Shown: piece after piece, positions 49,248-59,954 of the stretch
Layout: each line of letters begins with the position of its first letter
Numbering within the stretch: the first letter of the stretch is position 1
From: Thermoproteota archaeon
GTDB taxonomy: Archaea; Korarchaeota; Korarchaeia; Korarchaeales; Korarchaeaceae
NCBI GenBank assembly: GCA_026986575.1
Contig: JALSOH010000004.1
Span: forward strand, 256,001-320,000
Direction of reading: 5' to 3'
DNA length: 64,000 nucleotides
Position numbers and translations under genes: made by a program
Notes under the pieces: generated by a model
Told to the model about the DNA's origin: nothing
Database searches by the model: none
The model's input: the letters and a program-made list of their open reading frames with translations, nothing else

Positions 49248-50330
49248 ATGGACGAGGAAACGATCTCCTTCTTTTCTAGATTTTCCGAGGCTTTTGGTCC
49301 CTCTGGATTCGAGATGGAACCCCTGAGGATGCTCAAGGACAGGTATTCATCGTTTGCAGACGAGGTACTGACTGACAGGCTAGGTTCGCTCATAATGAAG
49401 AAGACCGGAACGAGCGATAGGCCTCGGATAATGGCGGCTGGCCACAGTGACGAGGTCGGCTTCATAATTGTCTCCATCGAGGACAACGGCTTCCTCAAGT
49501 TCGAGCCCTTAGGAGGCTGGGTCTCCACAACCTTACCCGCCCACAGAGTGGTCATAAGGACGAAGAAAGGGGATTACGTGGGAGTGATAACGAGCAAGCC
49601 CCCTCATCTCATGACCCCAGAGGAGAGAAAGAAACCCCTAGAGATAAAGGACCTCTACATCGATGTCTGCGCTAAGAACAAGGACCAAATAAAGGAGATG
49701 GGAATAAGGATAGGGGATCCCGTGGCGCCTCTAGCTCCGTTCGAGGTGCTAAGGGGCGGCAAAGCATGGTTGGGCAAGGCGTTCGACGATAGAGTGGGGG
49801 CATTCATAGTAATGGAGGCCCTCAAGAGGCTTAGAGAGGATGGAGTCCAGCACTCCAACACCTACTACGCGGTGGCAACCGTCCAGGAAGAAGTCGGTCT
49901 GAGGGGGGCTGAGACTGCAGCGGATGTGGTGGACCCAGACGTCTTTATAGCTGTTGACGTAGACATAGCAGGTGACTCTCCTGGCGTGTCTCCGAGTGAA
50001 GCTCCAGCTAAGATGGGTGAGGGCGTCTCGATACTGACTTGGGACAGGAGTATGATCCCTAACTCCCGCTTAAAGGAGTTCGTGATAGAAGTAGCGGAGG
50101 AGGAGAACATACCCTACCAGCTCTCTGCCGTTAGGGGAGGTACTGACGCTGGAAGGGTGCACCTACACAAGTACGGAGTTCCATCAATCGTACTAGGGGT
50201 TCCCACGAGGCACATTCATTCTCACAGCTCGATAATGTCTCCGGACGATGTGGAGTCCGCCATAAAGCTAGTAATGGCCCTGATCAGGAGGATGGATGAG
50301 GAGACTGTGAGGAGGTTCACGGGAATTTGA
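49248..50330 (+). CDS. M42 (TET) aminopeptidase
   Basis: GHSDEVG, KAFDDR, QEEVGLRGA, GGTD, HIHS. Confidence 0.93.
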   Translation: MDEETISFFSRFSEAFGPSGFEMEPLRMLKDRYSSFADEVLTDRLGSLIMKKTGTSDRPRIMAAGHSDEVGFIIVSIEDNGFLKFEPLGGWVSTTLPAHRVVIRTKKGDYVGVITSKPPHLMTPEERKKPLEIKDLYIDVCAKNKDQIKEMGIRIGDPVAPLAPFEVLRGGKAWLGKAFDDRVGAFIVMEALKRLREDGVQHSNTYYAVATVQEEVGLRGAETAADVVDPDVFIAVDVDIAGDSPGVSPSEAPAKMGEGVSILTWDRSMIPNSRLKEFVIEVAEEENIPYQLSAVRGGTDAGRVHLHKYGVPSIVLGVPTRHIHSHSSIMSPDDVESAIKLVMALIRRMDEETVRRFTGI

Positions 50331-51754
50331 AGGAGCTGAGACTCACCCACCCAATTTCTTGGCTCGACGGAATAGACCTGAGGACTGGTAAGATAATCCA
50401 ACCGGATCACCCCCAGAGAGGGGAAAGCATCGCGGGGAAGGTGCTGTACATACCCCATTCCATTGGATCCACCGTGGGAGCGTATATCTTCTTCAGCCTG
50501 AAAAAATACGGGACGGCTCCTCTCAAGATAGTCTTGGAAGAGCCGGACAGCATAACCATCAGTGCGGAACTGGCTGGAATACCTGTGGAATTGAAGGGAA
50601 GAAGAGAACTAAGGCTTGAGGACCCGGAGGTCCCCGATGAGTTCAGGAGGTACTTGGAGAAGGAGGCCTCCATCTCCGGCGCCGAGGGTTTCGTCAGAGT
50701 GAGCTCAGTGCACATATCTGGGGTCTCGTATGCAACTATAGGCGATGCAGGGAGGAAGTGGCTGGAGGAGATAAAGGAAAGGGTGAAATTCAGGGTTCTA
50801 GCGACAACTAATCCTCTAGGAATGGATCTGACCAAGTGGAGAGATATGGGGATTCCAGAGGGCTTCGCAAGCGGTCAGCTGAGCATAGTAGAATCCCTTC
50901 TGCAGATGGGGGCGACTCCGTCCTTCACATGCACTCCCTACTTGGTGGGCAATCTACCCCACTTCGGGGAGCACATATCTTGGGGAGAATCTAGCGCGGT
51001 TGCCTATGCAAATAGCGTACTTGGGGCCAAGACTAACAGGGAAGGAGGGACTAAGACTATAGTTTCGGCCGCAACAGGGTACACCTCCCTCTACGGCAGG
51101 CATCTAGAGATCAATAGGAGGCCCGATTTCAGAGTGAAGCCACCTGAAATGGAGGATCTCTCGGATTACTACGCTCTAGCCTTCCTCGTGGGTAGAGAAT
51201 ACCCTAATGCCGTCCCAGTATACCTCGTGAGCGGATCCGTACCAGAGATGAAGGCCCTATCGGCTGCTGGAGCGGCTTCAGGCTCCATAGAGGTATTCCA
51301 TGTCCCAGGAGTGACGCCAAACCCTCTTCAACCGGTCGATCGAGAGGTAGAGGTGACCAGAAGCGAGTTGAGGGGGGTATACGAGGACCTGAGCACATTT
51401 GATGGGGGAACAGATCTGGTAGTTTTAGGGTGTCCGCACCTCTCCCTCCAAGAGTTCAGAACCATTGCTCAAATGGTGAACGGGAGGAAAGCCACGACTC
51501 GATTTTGGCTTTATACATCTAGAGCCGTGCTCTCAATGGTTGAGAGATCCGGCCTGAAGAACATACTCGACAGGTTTGGTGCGGAGATATGGGCCGACAC
51601 TTGCATGGTCGTCTCTCCCCTAGAGGACATGGGGGTGAGGAAGGTAACCACTAATTCCGCCAAGGCAGCTAAATACCTGAAGACCTTAAGGGGCCTAGAA
51701 GTCGAGTTTCTAGACCTAAAAGAAATACTGGAGAGATATAGCGTGCTTCGCTAG
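50327..51754 (+). CDS. Single-chain aconitase X (swiveling domain + catalytic domain), candidate phosphomevalonate dehydratase
   Basis: G.D..TG.I..HP..GESIAGK..GSTVG; TCTPY, WGESSA, GCPH, DTCMVV. Confidence 0.85.
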   Translation: MKELRLTHPISWLDGIDLRTGKIIQPDHPQRGESIAGKVLYIPHSIGSTVGAYIFFSLKKYGTAPLKIVLEEPDSITISAELAGIPVELKGRRELRLEDPEVPDEFRRYLEKEASISGAEGFVRVSSVHISGVSYATIGDAGRKWLEEIKERVKFRVLATTNPLGMDLTKWRDMGIPEGFASGQLSIVESLLQMGATPSFTCTPYLVGNLPHFGEHISWGESSAVAYANSVLGAKTNREGGTKTIVSAATGYTSLYGRHLEINRRPDFRVKPPEMEDLSDYYALAFLVGREYPNAVPVYLVSGSVPEMKALSAAGAASGSIEVFHVPGVTPNPLQPVDREVEVTRSELRGVYEDLSTFDGGTDLVVLGCPHLSLQEFRTIAQMVNGRKATTRFWLYTSRAVLSMVERSGLKNILDRFGAEIWADTCMVVSPLEDMGVRKVTTNSAKAAKYLKTLRGLEVEFLDLKEILERYSVLR

Positions 51755-51759
51755 TTATA

Positions 51760-52467
51760 TTATATCCCCAGATAAGCCTTTCTCACGTGCTCATTTCCCA
51801 GAAGATCTTTACCCGTACCTTCCATCACAGTAACGCCGTTCTCAATCACATAAGCTCTGTGAGATATACTCAATGCCATGTAGGCGTTTTGCTCGGCGAT
51901 TAGTATGGTAACCCTCCTCTCCCTGTTTATCTGATTTATCGTCTCGAATATCCTGTCGACCAGCAAGGGCGCCAAGCCTAACGAGGGTTCATCGAGCAGT
52001 AGCAGTTTTGGCCCGCCCATGAGTCCCTTACCTATGGCGAGCATCTGCTGTTCCCCACCACTGAGGGTTCCGGCGAGCTGTTTTTCTCTCTCCTTCAGCA
52101 CCGGAAAGAGCGAGTATACGAACTCCATGTCCCTCTCAATCTCATCCCTATCGGTCCTCATGAACGCCCCCATCTCCAAGTTCTCCCTCACCGTCATATC
52201 GGGGAAGAGACCTCTACCCTCGGGTACATGGATTATTCCCAAGGAGGCTATCTGATAGGGCTCCATACCGACTATACTCTTTTCTTGGAAGACCACATCT
52301 CCCCTCAAGGGCCTGAGTATACCAGTTATTACCCTCAACGTGGTCGTCTTCCCCGCTCCGTTGGCCCCTATGAGGGAGACGATCTCCCCCTCACCTACGT
52401 AAAGCGAGATATCTTTGAGGGCGATTGCCTTCCCATAAGCGGCGGAAATGTCCTTAACTTCTAACAT
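51760..52467 (-). CDS. livF: Branched-chain amino acid-type ABC transporter ATPase
   Basis: GANGAGKT, VPEGR, LSGGEQQM, LDEPS. Confidence 0.93.
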   Translation of the reverse strand: MLEVKDISAAYGKAIALKDISLYVGEGEIVSLIGANGAGKTTTLRVITGILRPLRGDVVFQEKSIVGMEPYQIASLGIIHVPEGRGLFPDMTVRENLEMGAFMRTDRDEIERDMEFVYSLFPVLKEREKQLAGTLSGGEQQMLAIGKGLMGGPKLLLLDEPSLGLAPLLVDRIFETINQINRERRVTILIAEQNAYMALSISHRAYVIENGVTVMEGTGKDLLGNEHVRKAYLGI

Positions 52468-53194
52468 GGAACCTCTCCCCCAAATAAGCCTTTATTACCT
52501 CTTCATTCCTCGAGATCTCCTCCGGACTTCCCTCGGCTATTTTCCTACCGAAGTTGAGGACCATTATTCTCTCGCACACGTTCATTATCACCCTCATGTT
52601 GTGCTCTATTATCACCACAGCGACCCCGGACTCCCTCACTCTCCTCACCACTTCCATAACCTCATCCATCTCCGTAGGAGTGAGCCCTCCAGCCGGTTCA
52701 TCCAGCATGAGGAGCTTGGGTTCGGTAGCCAAAGCCCTAGCAATTTCCAACCTCTTCCTCTCACCATGAGGTAGAGCCTCTGCCAGTATATCCTTCCTAT
52801 GCAGTAGGCCAGCAAACTCCAAAATCTCCTCGGCCTTCTCTACAGCTGCCTTCTCACTAATCCCAGATATCACACCCTTAGTCGCGTAGATAGATACCAG
52901 CACATTGTCCAAGACACTCATCCCTAGAAAGGGCTTCACTATCTGCCATGTCCTCGTTAATCCAAGCTTAGCCAGCTTGTTTGGTCTCATGCCAGTTATG
53001 TCTTTTCCTTGGAACCTCACTCTGCCTGAATCTGGCTTGTAGAAGCCCGTTATTACGTTGAAAAGTGTGGTCTTACCGGCGCCGTTGGGCCCTATTATCC
53101 CGAAGATCTCTCCTTCCTTCACGCTGAAGCTGACATCGTCCACTGCGACGAGCCCACCGAACCTCTTAACTACCCCCTCCACCTCTAAGATCAT
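52454..53194 (-). CDS. livG: Branched-chain amino acid-type ABC transporter ATPase
   Basis: [24 protein letters not shown]. Confidence 0.93.
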   Translation of the reverse strand: MILEVEGVVKRFGGLVAVDDVSFSVKEGEIFGIIGPNGAGKTTLFNVITGFYKPDSGRVRFQGKDITGMRPNKLAKLGLTRTWQIVKPFLGMSVLDNVLVSIYATKGVISGISEKAAVEKAEEILEFAGLLHRKDILAEALPHGERKRLEIARALATEPKLLMLDEPAGGLTPTEMDEVMEVVRRVRESGVAVVIIEHNMRVIMNVCERIMVLNFGRKIAEGSPEEISRNEEVIKAYLGERFHVRS

Positions 53195-54147
53195 TCTCTC
53201 ACCTTCCTTAAGATGAACTGAACGATGCCGTAGATCCCCGATGGGAAGAACTTCATCACAAGAATGATCAGCATTCCATAGATTAGGTACCTGTACTCTA
53301 GGTAGGATCTGAGCAACTCCTGAAGTAGTGATAAGACTGCTGCTCCCATGACGGGTCCTATCAGCGTACCGAACCCGCCGATTATGGTCATGGAGAGTAT
53401 GTATATCGACTCTCCCAATGTGGATATCTCAGGACTGATGTACCTGAGGTAATGAGCGTAAAGCCCTCCCGATATTCCAGCGAAGAATGTGGCTATCAGA
53501 AAAGCGTAAACCTTGAATAAGGGGACGTCGACACCCACCGACAGAGCAGCATCCTCGTCCTCCCTTATTGACATGAGTATCTTCCCGATCCTAGACTTCG
53601 TTAGCAGATGCAGTAGGAAGATGGAGATCAAGGTGAAAGCGAGTGCCACATAGTAGAACGCCACCTTACTCCTGAAGTCGATGGGACCTATTCTAGGGAG
53701 AGGAGGAATTCCCGGTATCCCCAACGGTCCTCTGGTGAGCCAATCCAAGTTTATCAGCATCAACCAAACTATTACTCCGAATCCCAGACTGGATATGGCT
53801 AGATAAGGCCCTCTCAGCTTCAAAGAGGGCACTCCAAGTATCAGCCCGAACACGGAGGCCATTAAACCGCCGATGAATATCCCGATCCAGGGACTCACAC
53901 CCCAATTCATCGCGAGGAGGGTTGATGTATATGCCCCAACAGCGAAGAAGGCTGCATGCCCTAGTGAAAGTCTACCGGTATATCCTACCAGTATGTCCAA
54001 GCTGGCAGCCGTCACTGCGTAAAGCATGACCAATATAGTCACGTGAGTGATGTAGTCCCCAGCCAGAGGAACGGGTATCAGCAAGATTAGAGCAATCAGA
54101 TAATACTTGGAGATTTCCGTAACCACATCCTTAGTGATCCCAAGCAT
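53191..54147 (-). CDS. livM: Branched-chain amino acid-type ABC permease
   Basis: GYTG.LSLGH, LRGPY, IREDE. Confidence 0.9.
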   Translation of the reverse strand: MLGITKDVVTEISKYYLIALILLIPVPLAGDYITHVTILVMLYAVTAASLDILVGYTGRLSLGHAAFFAVGAYTSTLLAMNWGVSPWIGIFIGGLMASVFGLILGVPSLKLRGPYLAISSLGFGVIVWLMLINLDWLTRGPLGIPGIPPLPRIGPIDFRSKVAFYYVALAFTLISIFLLHLLTKSRIGKILMSIREDEDAALSVGVDVPLFKVYAFLIATFFAGISGGLYAHYLRYISPEISTLGESIYILSMTIIGGFGTLIGPVMGAAVLSLLQELLRSYLEYRYLIYGMLIILVMKFFPSGIYGIVQFILRKVRE

Positions 54148-55064
54148 TACTTCCTCCCCCCTCCTAGGATGCCTTCTGGCCTGACCCAGAGCACTATGAT
54201 CATTATCACGAAAGCCACGACCTGCTTATACTCAGTTCCTAGAAACAGTCCTCCCAAGCTCTCAGCTAGGCCGATGAGAAAGCCTGCCAAGATGCTTCCA
54301 ATTACGTTCCCCATGCCTCCCGTGATCACGACTACGAAGGCCTTAGCGACCACATCCAGACCCATGGTCGGATATACATTGTAAATGGGTCCAAGAATGC
54401 CGCCAGCGAGCGCGGCTAGTCCCGTAGATAGAAACATGGTGATGTCGTATATCCTGTATATGTTCACCCCTACAAGCATTGCCGCTGATGGGTTCTGGGC
54501 CGTTGCTCTTATTGCTCTACCCGTCTTAGTGAACTTGAGGAAAGCATACAGCCCAACAAGCGTTGCTATGGCCACCACAAATGCTATTAGCCTAGCCAAA
54601 CTGAATGATAACCCTCCAGGCAGCTTGATTATGTGCTTGGTCAGAGGGCTGGGTATGGAGATCGGTATGGGTCCCCACAAGACTAGCGCCAGATCCACGA
54701 AGAGTATGCTGAGACCTATGGTGAGCATGATGAACTTCAGATCTTGGAAGTAGAAAGCTGCGGCACCCTTAGCCTCTTTCAGCTCCTCATACAGGGACTT
54801 GAACAGTAGCTTGTTTATGGCTATACCGACCGCTCCGACGGCGATGGCCGCTAGAGGAGCCAAGATGAACGGATCTCCTCCTATTAATGTAACGAAGGTG
54901 TAAGTGAAGTAAGCCCCCAGCATGTAGAACTCTCCATGCGCGAAGTTGCTCAATCTCATGACCCCGAATATCATTGTGAGGCCGACGCCTATCACTCCGT
55001 AGATGCCACCTATCATCAGGCCGAAGAGTATCTGCTCTAGGAGCTCCATGGGCTGTATTACCAC
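54147..55064 (-). CDS. livH: Branched-chain amino acid-type ABC permease
   Basis: GLTMIFG...NFAHG, G.AIRA. Confidence 0.9.
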   Translation of the reverse strand: MVIQPMELLEQILFGLMIGGIYGVIGVGLTMIFGVMRLSNFAHGEFYMLGAYFTYTFVTLIGGDPFILAPLAAIAVGAVGIAINKLLFKSLYEELKEAKGAAAFYFQDLKFIMLTIGLSILFVDLALVLWGPIPISIPSPLTKHIIKLPGGLSFSLARLIAFVVAIATLVGLYAFLKFTKTGRAIRATAQNPSAAMLVGVNIYRIYDITMFLSTGLAALAGGILGPIYNVYPTMGLDVVAKAFVVVITGGMGNVIGSILAGFLIGLAESLGGLFLGTEYKQVVAFVIMIIVLWVRPEGILGGGRK

Positions 55065-55107
55065 GGTTCATCCCTTCCCAAAAGGAAAAAGTGGAAATGA
55101 GGGTTGA

Positions 55108-56313
55108 TCAGCCACCGTAAAGCTTCTCTGGAGGTATGTACTCTCCCTGCTTATCCGACGGTGGGTAAAGGATGACTCTCTTGAGTTTCCCTCCCACTTT
55201 CTGTACTTGAACGAGCAGTACCTTGGTCTGGGCCTGGCCTTTCTCATCGAAGTATATGGTTCCTTGGGCTCCCTCGAACTTGAGAGATCTTATGGCATCA
55301 GCCACTTTATCGACATCCCATGTACCCGCTTTCTCAACGCCCAGCTTGAACGCCAAGAAGGCGTCCCAGACCCCAGCTGCGTACATCGCGGGGTTCCTTC
55401 CCCATCTCTCTCTGAACTTCTTGACGAACTCAGCTGCAGCAGGCCTCTTAGATGTGGGCTCGAAGTAACTCACATGAACTAGCCCAAGAGCGTCGTCATC
55501 CGCCAGCTGTAGGAACTCATCGCTGGTCACTCCGCCTAGCATGACGAATTGCTTGTAGAGGCCTATCTCGTGAGCCTGCCTGAGTATGTTGGCGGCATCC
55601 CTTATGTTAGCGACGACGAATATCACATCAGGATTGGCTGCCTTTATCTTGGATAGCTGCGATGTGAAGTCAGTCGATCCCTTGTCAAAATACTCCTCTG
55701 CAACTATCTTGACTCCCTTCGACTTGGCCCGATCTCCCCATATTTTGAGCCCCTCTCTTCCATAATCGTCATTCACACCCAGCATTGCAGCAGTCTTGGG
55801 TTTCAGATGCTCCACTACCCAATCAGCGTTCTGCGTTGTCTGCATCCACTGATTAGCGCAAGTCCTGAATGTGTACTTGTATCCCTGCTCCGTTATCTTA
55901 GTAGCTACTGAGACTGGGACGAACAGAAGCTTCTTAGCCTCCATGATCGAAGGCTGAACAGCTAAAGTAACCGTAGAACAGTACTCTCCAAATACGGCGT
56001 ATACGTTCTCCTGAGTGAGAAGCCTCTGGACTGCCGCGGTCGCCTTGGTGGGATTGCACTCGGTATCTTCTATAACTAACTCAACCTTCTTACCCAATAT
56101 TCCTCCCTGCTTGTTTATCTCATCAACAGCAAGGATAGCTGCCTGCTTCATATCCAAACCATGCTCAGCCAATCCACCGGTCAAAGGAGCTATTAAACCG
56201 ACTTTCACGGTTCCACCAGCAGTAGGACCAGTCTGGGTCAGATAGAATGCGGCGGCCACGATCACGATGAGGGCTACAACAACGATAACTAATACATTCT
56301 TACTGAGAGCCAT
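55108..56313 (-). CDS. Liv-type ABC substrate-binding protein, N-terminally anchored
   Basis: PLTG, AVDEIN..GG.LG, DYG; substrate unknown. Confidence 0.88.
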   Translation of the reverse strand: MALSKNVLVIVVVALIVIVAAAFYLTQTGPTAGGTVKVGLIAPLTGGLAEHGLDMKQAAILAVDEINKQGGILGKKVELVIEDTECNPTKATAAVQRLLTQENVYAVFGEYCSTVTLAVQPSIMEAKKLLFVPVSVATKITEQGYKYTFRTCANQWMQTTQNADWVVEHLKPKTAAMLGVNDDYGREGLKIWGDRAKSKGVKIVAEEYFDKGSTDFTSQLSKIKAANPDVIFVVANIRDAANILRQAHEIGLYKQFVMLGGVTSDEFLQLADDDALGLVHVSYFEPTSKRPAAAEFVKKFRERWGRNPAMYAAGVWDAFLAFKLGVEKAGTWDVDKVADAIRSLKFEGAQGTIYFDEKGQAQTKVLLVQVQKVGGKLKRVILYPPSDKQGEYIPPEKLYGG

Positions 56314-56604
56314 ACGCTCCCCTACTAATCCAGAGAAGTTACTTTTAAAGATTGATAGTTTAAATGTGCCATCTCATATTCAAGAGCCCTCAGGTCTCCC
56401 TGTTTCTGAAAAAGATGCTTACAATTGGAATATAACCACGTAATACTATACGCGCGCGGTCATTCTGGTAGGAGTTGACAACGCATACCGACGAATTACG
56501 TACTTGATTTGTGGGCGTCAATGAACTAGAGAAGTTATCTCTCGTAGAAAAGTTCTTAGCTTAGCTAACTGATATAATGCATACCAATCAGGGGGGATTT
56601 TCGT

Positions 56605-57546
56605 ATGGCATTATTCGATCTGAGAGGTAGGGATTTCATCACCACAAGGGACTTCACGAGGGAGGAGCTGGAGTACCTTATCCAGATGTCCATGGATCTG
56701 AAGAAGATGTGGTACTCTGGGATAAGGGTTAAGCCCTTGGAGGGGAAAGCTGTTGCTCTCCTGTTTAAGAAGCCCTCTACCAGAACCAGAAACTCATTTC
56801 AGGCAGCTGTTTACCGGTTAGGTGGCTTTTCCGTTTACATGAGGCCTGACGAGCTCCAGCTCAAGAGGGGTGAACCCGTAAAGGATACGGCGAGGGTTCT
56901 CGACAGGTATTATGACGCCCTTGTCATAAGGACCTTCGGTCAGGACGAGATAGAGGAGTACGCTAAGTGGATGAGGAACCCCGTCGTTAATGCGCTCTCC
57001 GACGAGGAACATCCCTGCCAGGCCATGGCCGACCTCATGACCATAAAGGAGAAGTTCGGTTACTGGGAGGGACTCAAGATCGTCTACACTGGTGACGTGT
57101 GGAATGTGGCGCACTCCTTGATCGCCACCGCGCCCGTGTTCGGGATGGATCTGACCCTAGCAGTCCCCCCCGGGTACGAGCCACTGGAGGAGATATGGAA
57201 GTTCGCGGAGCAGGAGGCCGCGAGGAGGGGGACCAAGCTCGAGATAGTCCACAACCTCAAGGAGGCCGTTAAAGGCGCGGATGTGGTCTATGCCAATACT
57301 TGGTGGAGCATGGGCAAGCCGGAGGAGACCAAGGAGAAGAGGAAGAAGGATTTCGCTCCCTTTACAGTCACGCCTGAGGTCATGAGCTTGGCGAAGGAGC
57401 ATGCGATATTCATGCACTGCCTGCCCGCGTACAGGGGCAACGAGATGACTGACGAAGTTATAGAGGGCAGGTGGTCTGTGGTATTCGATCAGGCCGAGAA
57501 CAGGCTTTGGACTGAGGCCGCGATTCTCGCGGCCATCATAAGGTGA
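56605..57546 (+). CDS. Ornithine carbamoyltransferase-like enzyme (atypical substrate motif)
   Basis: PSTRT, HPCQ, HCLP, but YANTWWSMG instead of YTDxWxSMG. Confidence 0.85.
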   Translation: MALFDLRGRDFITTRDFTREELEYLIQMSMDLKKMWYSGIRVKPLEGKAVALLFKKPSTRTRNSFQAAVYRLGGFSVYMRPDELQLKRGEPVKDTARVLDRYYDALVIRTFGQDEIEEYAKWMRNPVVNALSDEEHPCQAMADLMTIKEKFGYWEGLKIVYTGDVWNVAHSLIATAPVFGMDLTLAVPPGYEPLEEIWKFAEQEAARRGTKLEIVHNLKEAVKGADVVYANTWWSMGKPEETKEKRKKDFAPFTVTPEVMSLAKEHAIFMHCLPAYRGNEMTDEVIEGRWSVVFDQAENRLWTEAAILAAIIR

Positions 57547-57571
57547 TACCCCCACTCCCAATTTTTCGAGA

Positions 57572-58516
57572 GTGATGCCTATGGACAGACTGATCACGAT
57601 AGCCCTCGGAGGCAACGCTCTCCTTCAATACGGTCAGAAGGGGACCTTCGAGGAGCAGCTGGCTAATGCTAGAAGGACGAGTAAGCAGCTGGTGGAACTC
57701 CTCAGGAGGGGATACAGGTTGGTCATCACCCACGGTAATGGGCCCCAAGTAGGTGCCATACTCCTCCAACAGGAAGCGGCTACCGACCAAGTCCCTCCCA
57801 TGCCCCTCCACGCCTGCGGAGCTATGAGCCAAGGGCTCATAGGATACATGATCCAACAGTCTATGATAAACGAGCTCAAGAGAGCTGGGATGGATGTACC
57901 TGTCGCCACAGTGGTCACTCAGGTACTCGTAGATAGGGAAGATCCGGCGTTTCAGAACCCAACCAAGTTCATCGGACCGTGGTATCCTGAAGAGGAGGCG
58001 AAGCTCAAGGAGGAGCAGGGGTGGGTTATGAAGTACGATGTAGGCAAGGGTTGGCGGAGAGTTGTACCCTCTCCGGATCCCATAGGACAGGTGGAAATAG
58101 AAGCGATCAGGAGGATGGTGGAAGCGGGAATAGTGGTGATAGCATCTGGAGGGGGAGGGATCCCCGTCGTCGACGATGGAGAATACGAGGGAGTGGACGC
58201 TGTAATCGATAAGGACCTAGCTGGCGAGAGACTGGCCACCTCGCTGAATGCCGACCTCTACATGATACTCACTGACGTGGAGAAGGTAGCGATAAACTTC
58301 AAGAAGCCCAACCAGAGATTCTTGGATGTCATGACGCTGGAAGAGGCCAAGAGATATTATGAGGAGGGACACTTCCCACCGGGGAACATGGGTCCCAAGG
58401 TCAAAGCTGCCATGAGGTTCGTGGAGAGGACAGGCAGGGAAGCCATAATAACGAGCTTGGACAAGGTCATTGAAGCGCTGGAAGGCAAGACGGGTACCAG
58501 AATACTCCCAAAATAA
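57572..58516 (+). CDS. arcC: Carbamate kinase
   Basis: ALGGNAL, HGNGPQVG, RRVVPSP, VIDKD, MGPK. Confidence 0.96.
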   Translation: MMPMDRLITIALGGNALLQYGQKGTFEEQLANARRTSKQLVELLRRGYRLVITHGNGPQVGAILLQQEAATDQVPPMPLHACGAMSQGLIGYMIQQSMINELKRAGMDVPVATVVTQVLVDREDPAFQNPTKFIGPWYPEEEAKLKEEQGWVMKYDVGKGWRRVVPSPDPIGQVEIEAIRRMVEAGIVVIASGGGGIPVVDDGEYEGVDAVIDKDLAGERLATSLNADLYMILTDVEKVAINFKKPNQRFLDVMTLEEAKRYYEEGHFPPGNMGPKVKAAMRFVERTGREAIITSLDKVIEALEGKTGTRILPK

Positions 58517-58526
58517 ATTTAGGGGC

Positions 58527-59810
58527 TTAAAGCCCCAAGACATCCTCATATCCCTTCAGGTCCAGCAACCCATGTCCGGAGAAGTTGAAGAGTATAACCT
58601 TCTCCTCACCCTCTTCTTTAGCCTTCAGCGCCTCATCTATTGCCGCTTTCACCGCGTGGGTAGTTTCCGGAGCTGGGATCAGACCTTCAGTCATGGCAAA
58701 TATCTTCCCGGCCTTAAACACGTCCTCTTGTGGGTAAGCAACTGACTTGATCACTCCCTTGGACTTCAGAAGGCTCACCGTCGGAGCGGCACCGTGATAC
58801 CTCAGACCACCAGCGTGTATAGGTGGCGGCACGAAGTCATGCCCGAGTGTGAACATCTTGATGAGAGGAGTCACCCCAGCGCTGTCTCCGAAGTCATACC
58901 TGTACTCCCCCTCCGTAAGTGAGGGAGACGCCCTCGGCTCCACTGCTATAACCTCGTACTCCTCCCTTCCACTTAGTATCTCCTCTATGAAGGGGAAAGT
59001 GAGCCCAGCGAAGTTGCTCCCGCCCCCAACACATCCTATGAGCACATCTGGCTTCTCGCCCAAGATTTCCATCTGTTTCTTGGCTTCTAGTCCTATTACT
59101 GTCTGATGCAGTATCACGTGATTTAGAACGCTTCCCAGCGAGTACTTCGCTTTCTCGTCCTTCATCGCCGTCTCTATTGCCTCACTTATGGCTATGCCTA
59201 AGGAGCCTGGGTGGTTCGGGTCCTGTTCAAGGTACTTCCTGCCGATTTCGGTTCTGTCGCTCGGCGATGGGACGATATCCGCGCCGTAGAGTTTCATAAC
59301 TAGCTTTCTATAGGGCTTCTGTTGGTACGAGATCCTGACCATGAAAACTAGGGCCCTCAATCCCATCATCGAAGTCGCGTAGGACAGCGCACTTCCCCAC
59401 TGCCCCGCACCCGTCTCGGTCGTCAGGTACTCAAGACCCTCCTTGGCGGCACAGAAGGCCTGCACTAATGCGGTGTTCAGCTTGTGGCTTCCTGTCGGAG
59501 TCACATCCTCTCTCTTGTAGTATATCTTAGCCGGAGTCCTAAGATATTCCTCCAATCTCTTGGCCCTGTACAGGGGTGTGGGCCTACCGATCCTCACGTA
59601 AAACTCCCTGAGCTCCTCGGGTATCTTGATGTACCTCTCCTTGGAGAACTCCTGATCCACACACTCCTTCGGGAATAAGGGGTAGAAATCCTTAGGTCCC
59701 AGTGGCTCCTTCGTCGCTGGATGGATGGGTGGCGGTAGATCGGGCAGATCTGAGACTATGTTATACCAATAGGTAGGTATCTCCTCTTGGCTGAGATCTA
59801 CCCTTATCAT
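58527..59810 (-). CDS. trpB2: Tryptophan synthase beta chain type 2 (TrpB2)
   Basis: [39 protein letters not shown]. Confidence 0.95.
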   Translation of the reverse strand: MIRVDLSQEEIPTYWYNIVSDLPDLPPPIHPATKEPLGPKDFYPLFPKECVDQEFSKERYIKIPEELREFYVRIGRPTPLYRAKRLEEYLRTPAKIYYKREDVTPTGSHKLNTALVQAFCAAKEGLEYLTTETGAGQWGSALSYATSMMGLRALVFMVRISYQQKPYRKLVMKLYGADIVPSPSDRTEIGRKYLEQDPNHPGSLGIAISEAIETAMKDEKAKYSLGSVLNHVILHQTVIGLEAKKQMEILGEKPDVLIGCVGGGSNFAGLTFPFIEEILSGREEYEVIAVEPRASPSLTEGEYRYDFGDSAGVTPLIKMFTLGHDFVPPPIHAGGLRYHGAAPTVSLLKSKGVIKSVAYPQEDVFKAGKIFAMTEGLIPAPETTHAVKAAIDEALKAKEEGEEKVILFNFSGHGLLDLKGYEDVLGL

Positions 59811-59930
59811 CTGAGTACACCTCCCTCTGAGGAACTGGACGGGTCACTGGACGATCCGGATGTGGCATGGAACGCGGGCATGATGACAATTGCCTTAGAC
59901 AAGGAGAGAGGAGATCTCTTCAGAGGTCTC

Positions 59931-59954
59931 TCAAGGCCAAACTAGATCCCCCAT
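59931..59954 (-). promoter_or_regulatory. Putative trpB2 leader minigene MGDLVWP*
   Basis: ATG GGG GAT CTA GTT TGG CCT TGA, SD GGGGTG 5 nt upstream, TTTTAA box at 60004-59999. Confidence 0.55.

Noticed and set aside
56314-56604. Leader peptide or riboswitch between the Liv genes and the transcarbamylase
   Set aside because: Only short palindromes and uORFs without a well-spaced SD
56605-57546. Putrescine carbamoyltransferase
   Set aside because: Keeps the SMG loop and KPSTRT, unlike characterised putrescine enzymes; substrate left open
59880-59924. Plus-strand C/D sRNA (ATGATGA...CAGA) in the trpB2 leader
   Set aside because: No terminal stem, short second guide and no upstream TATA box; weaker than the minus-strand leader model but not excluded
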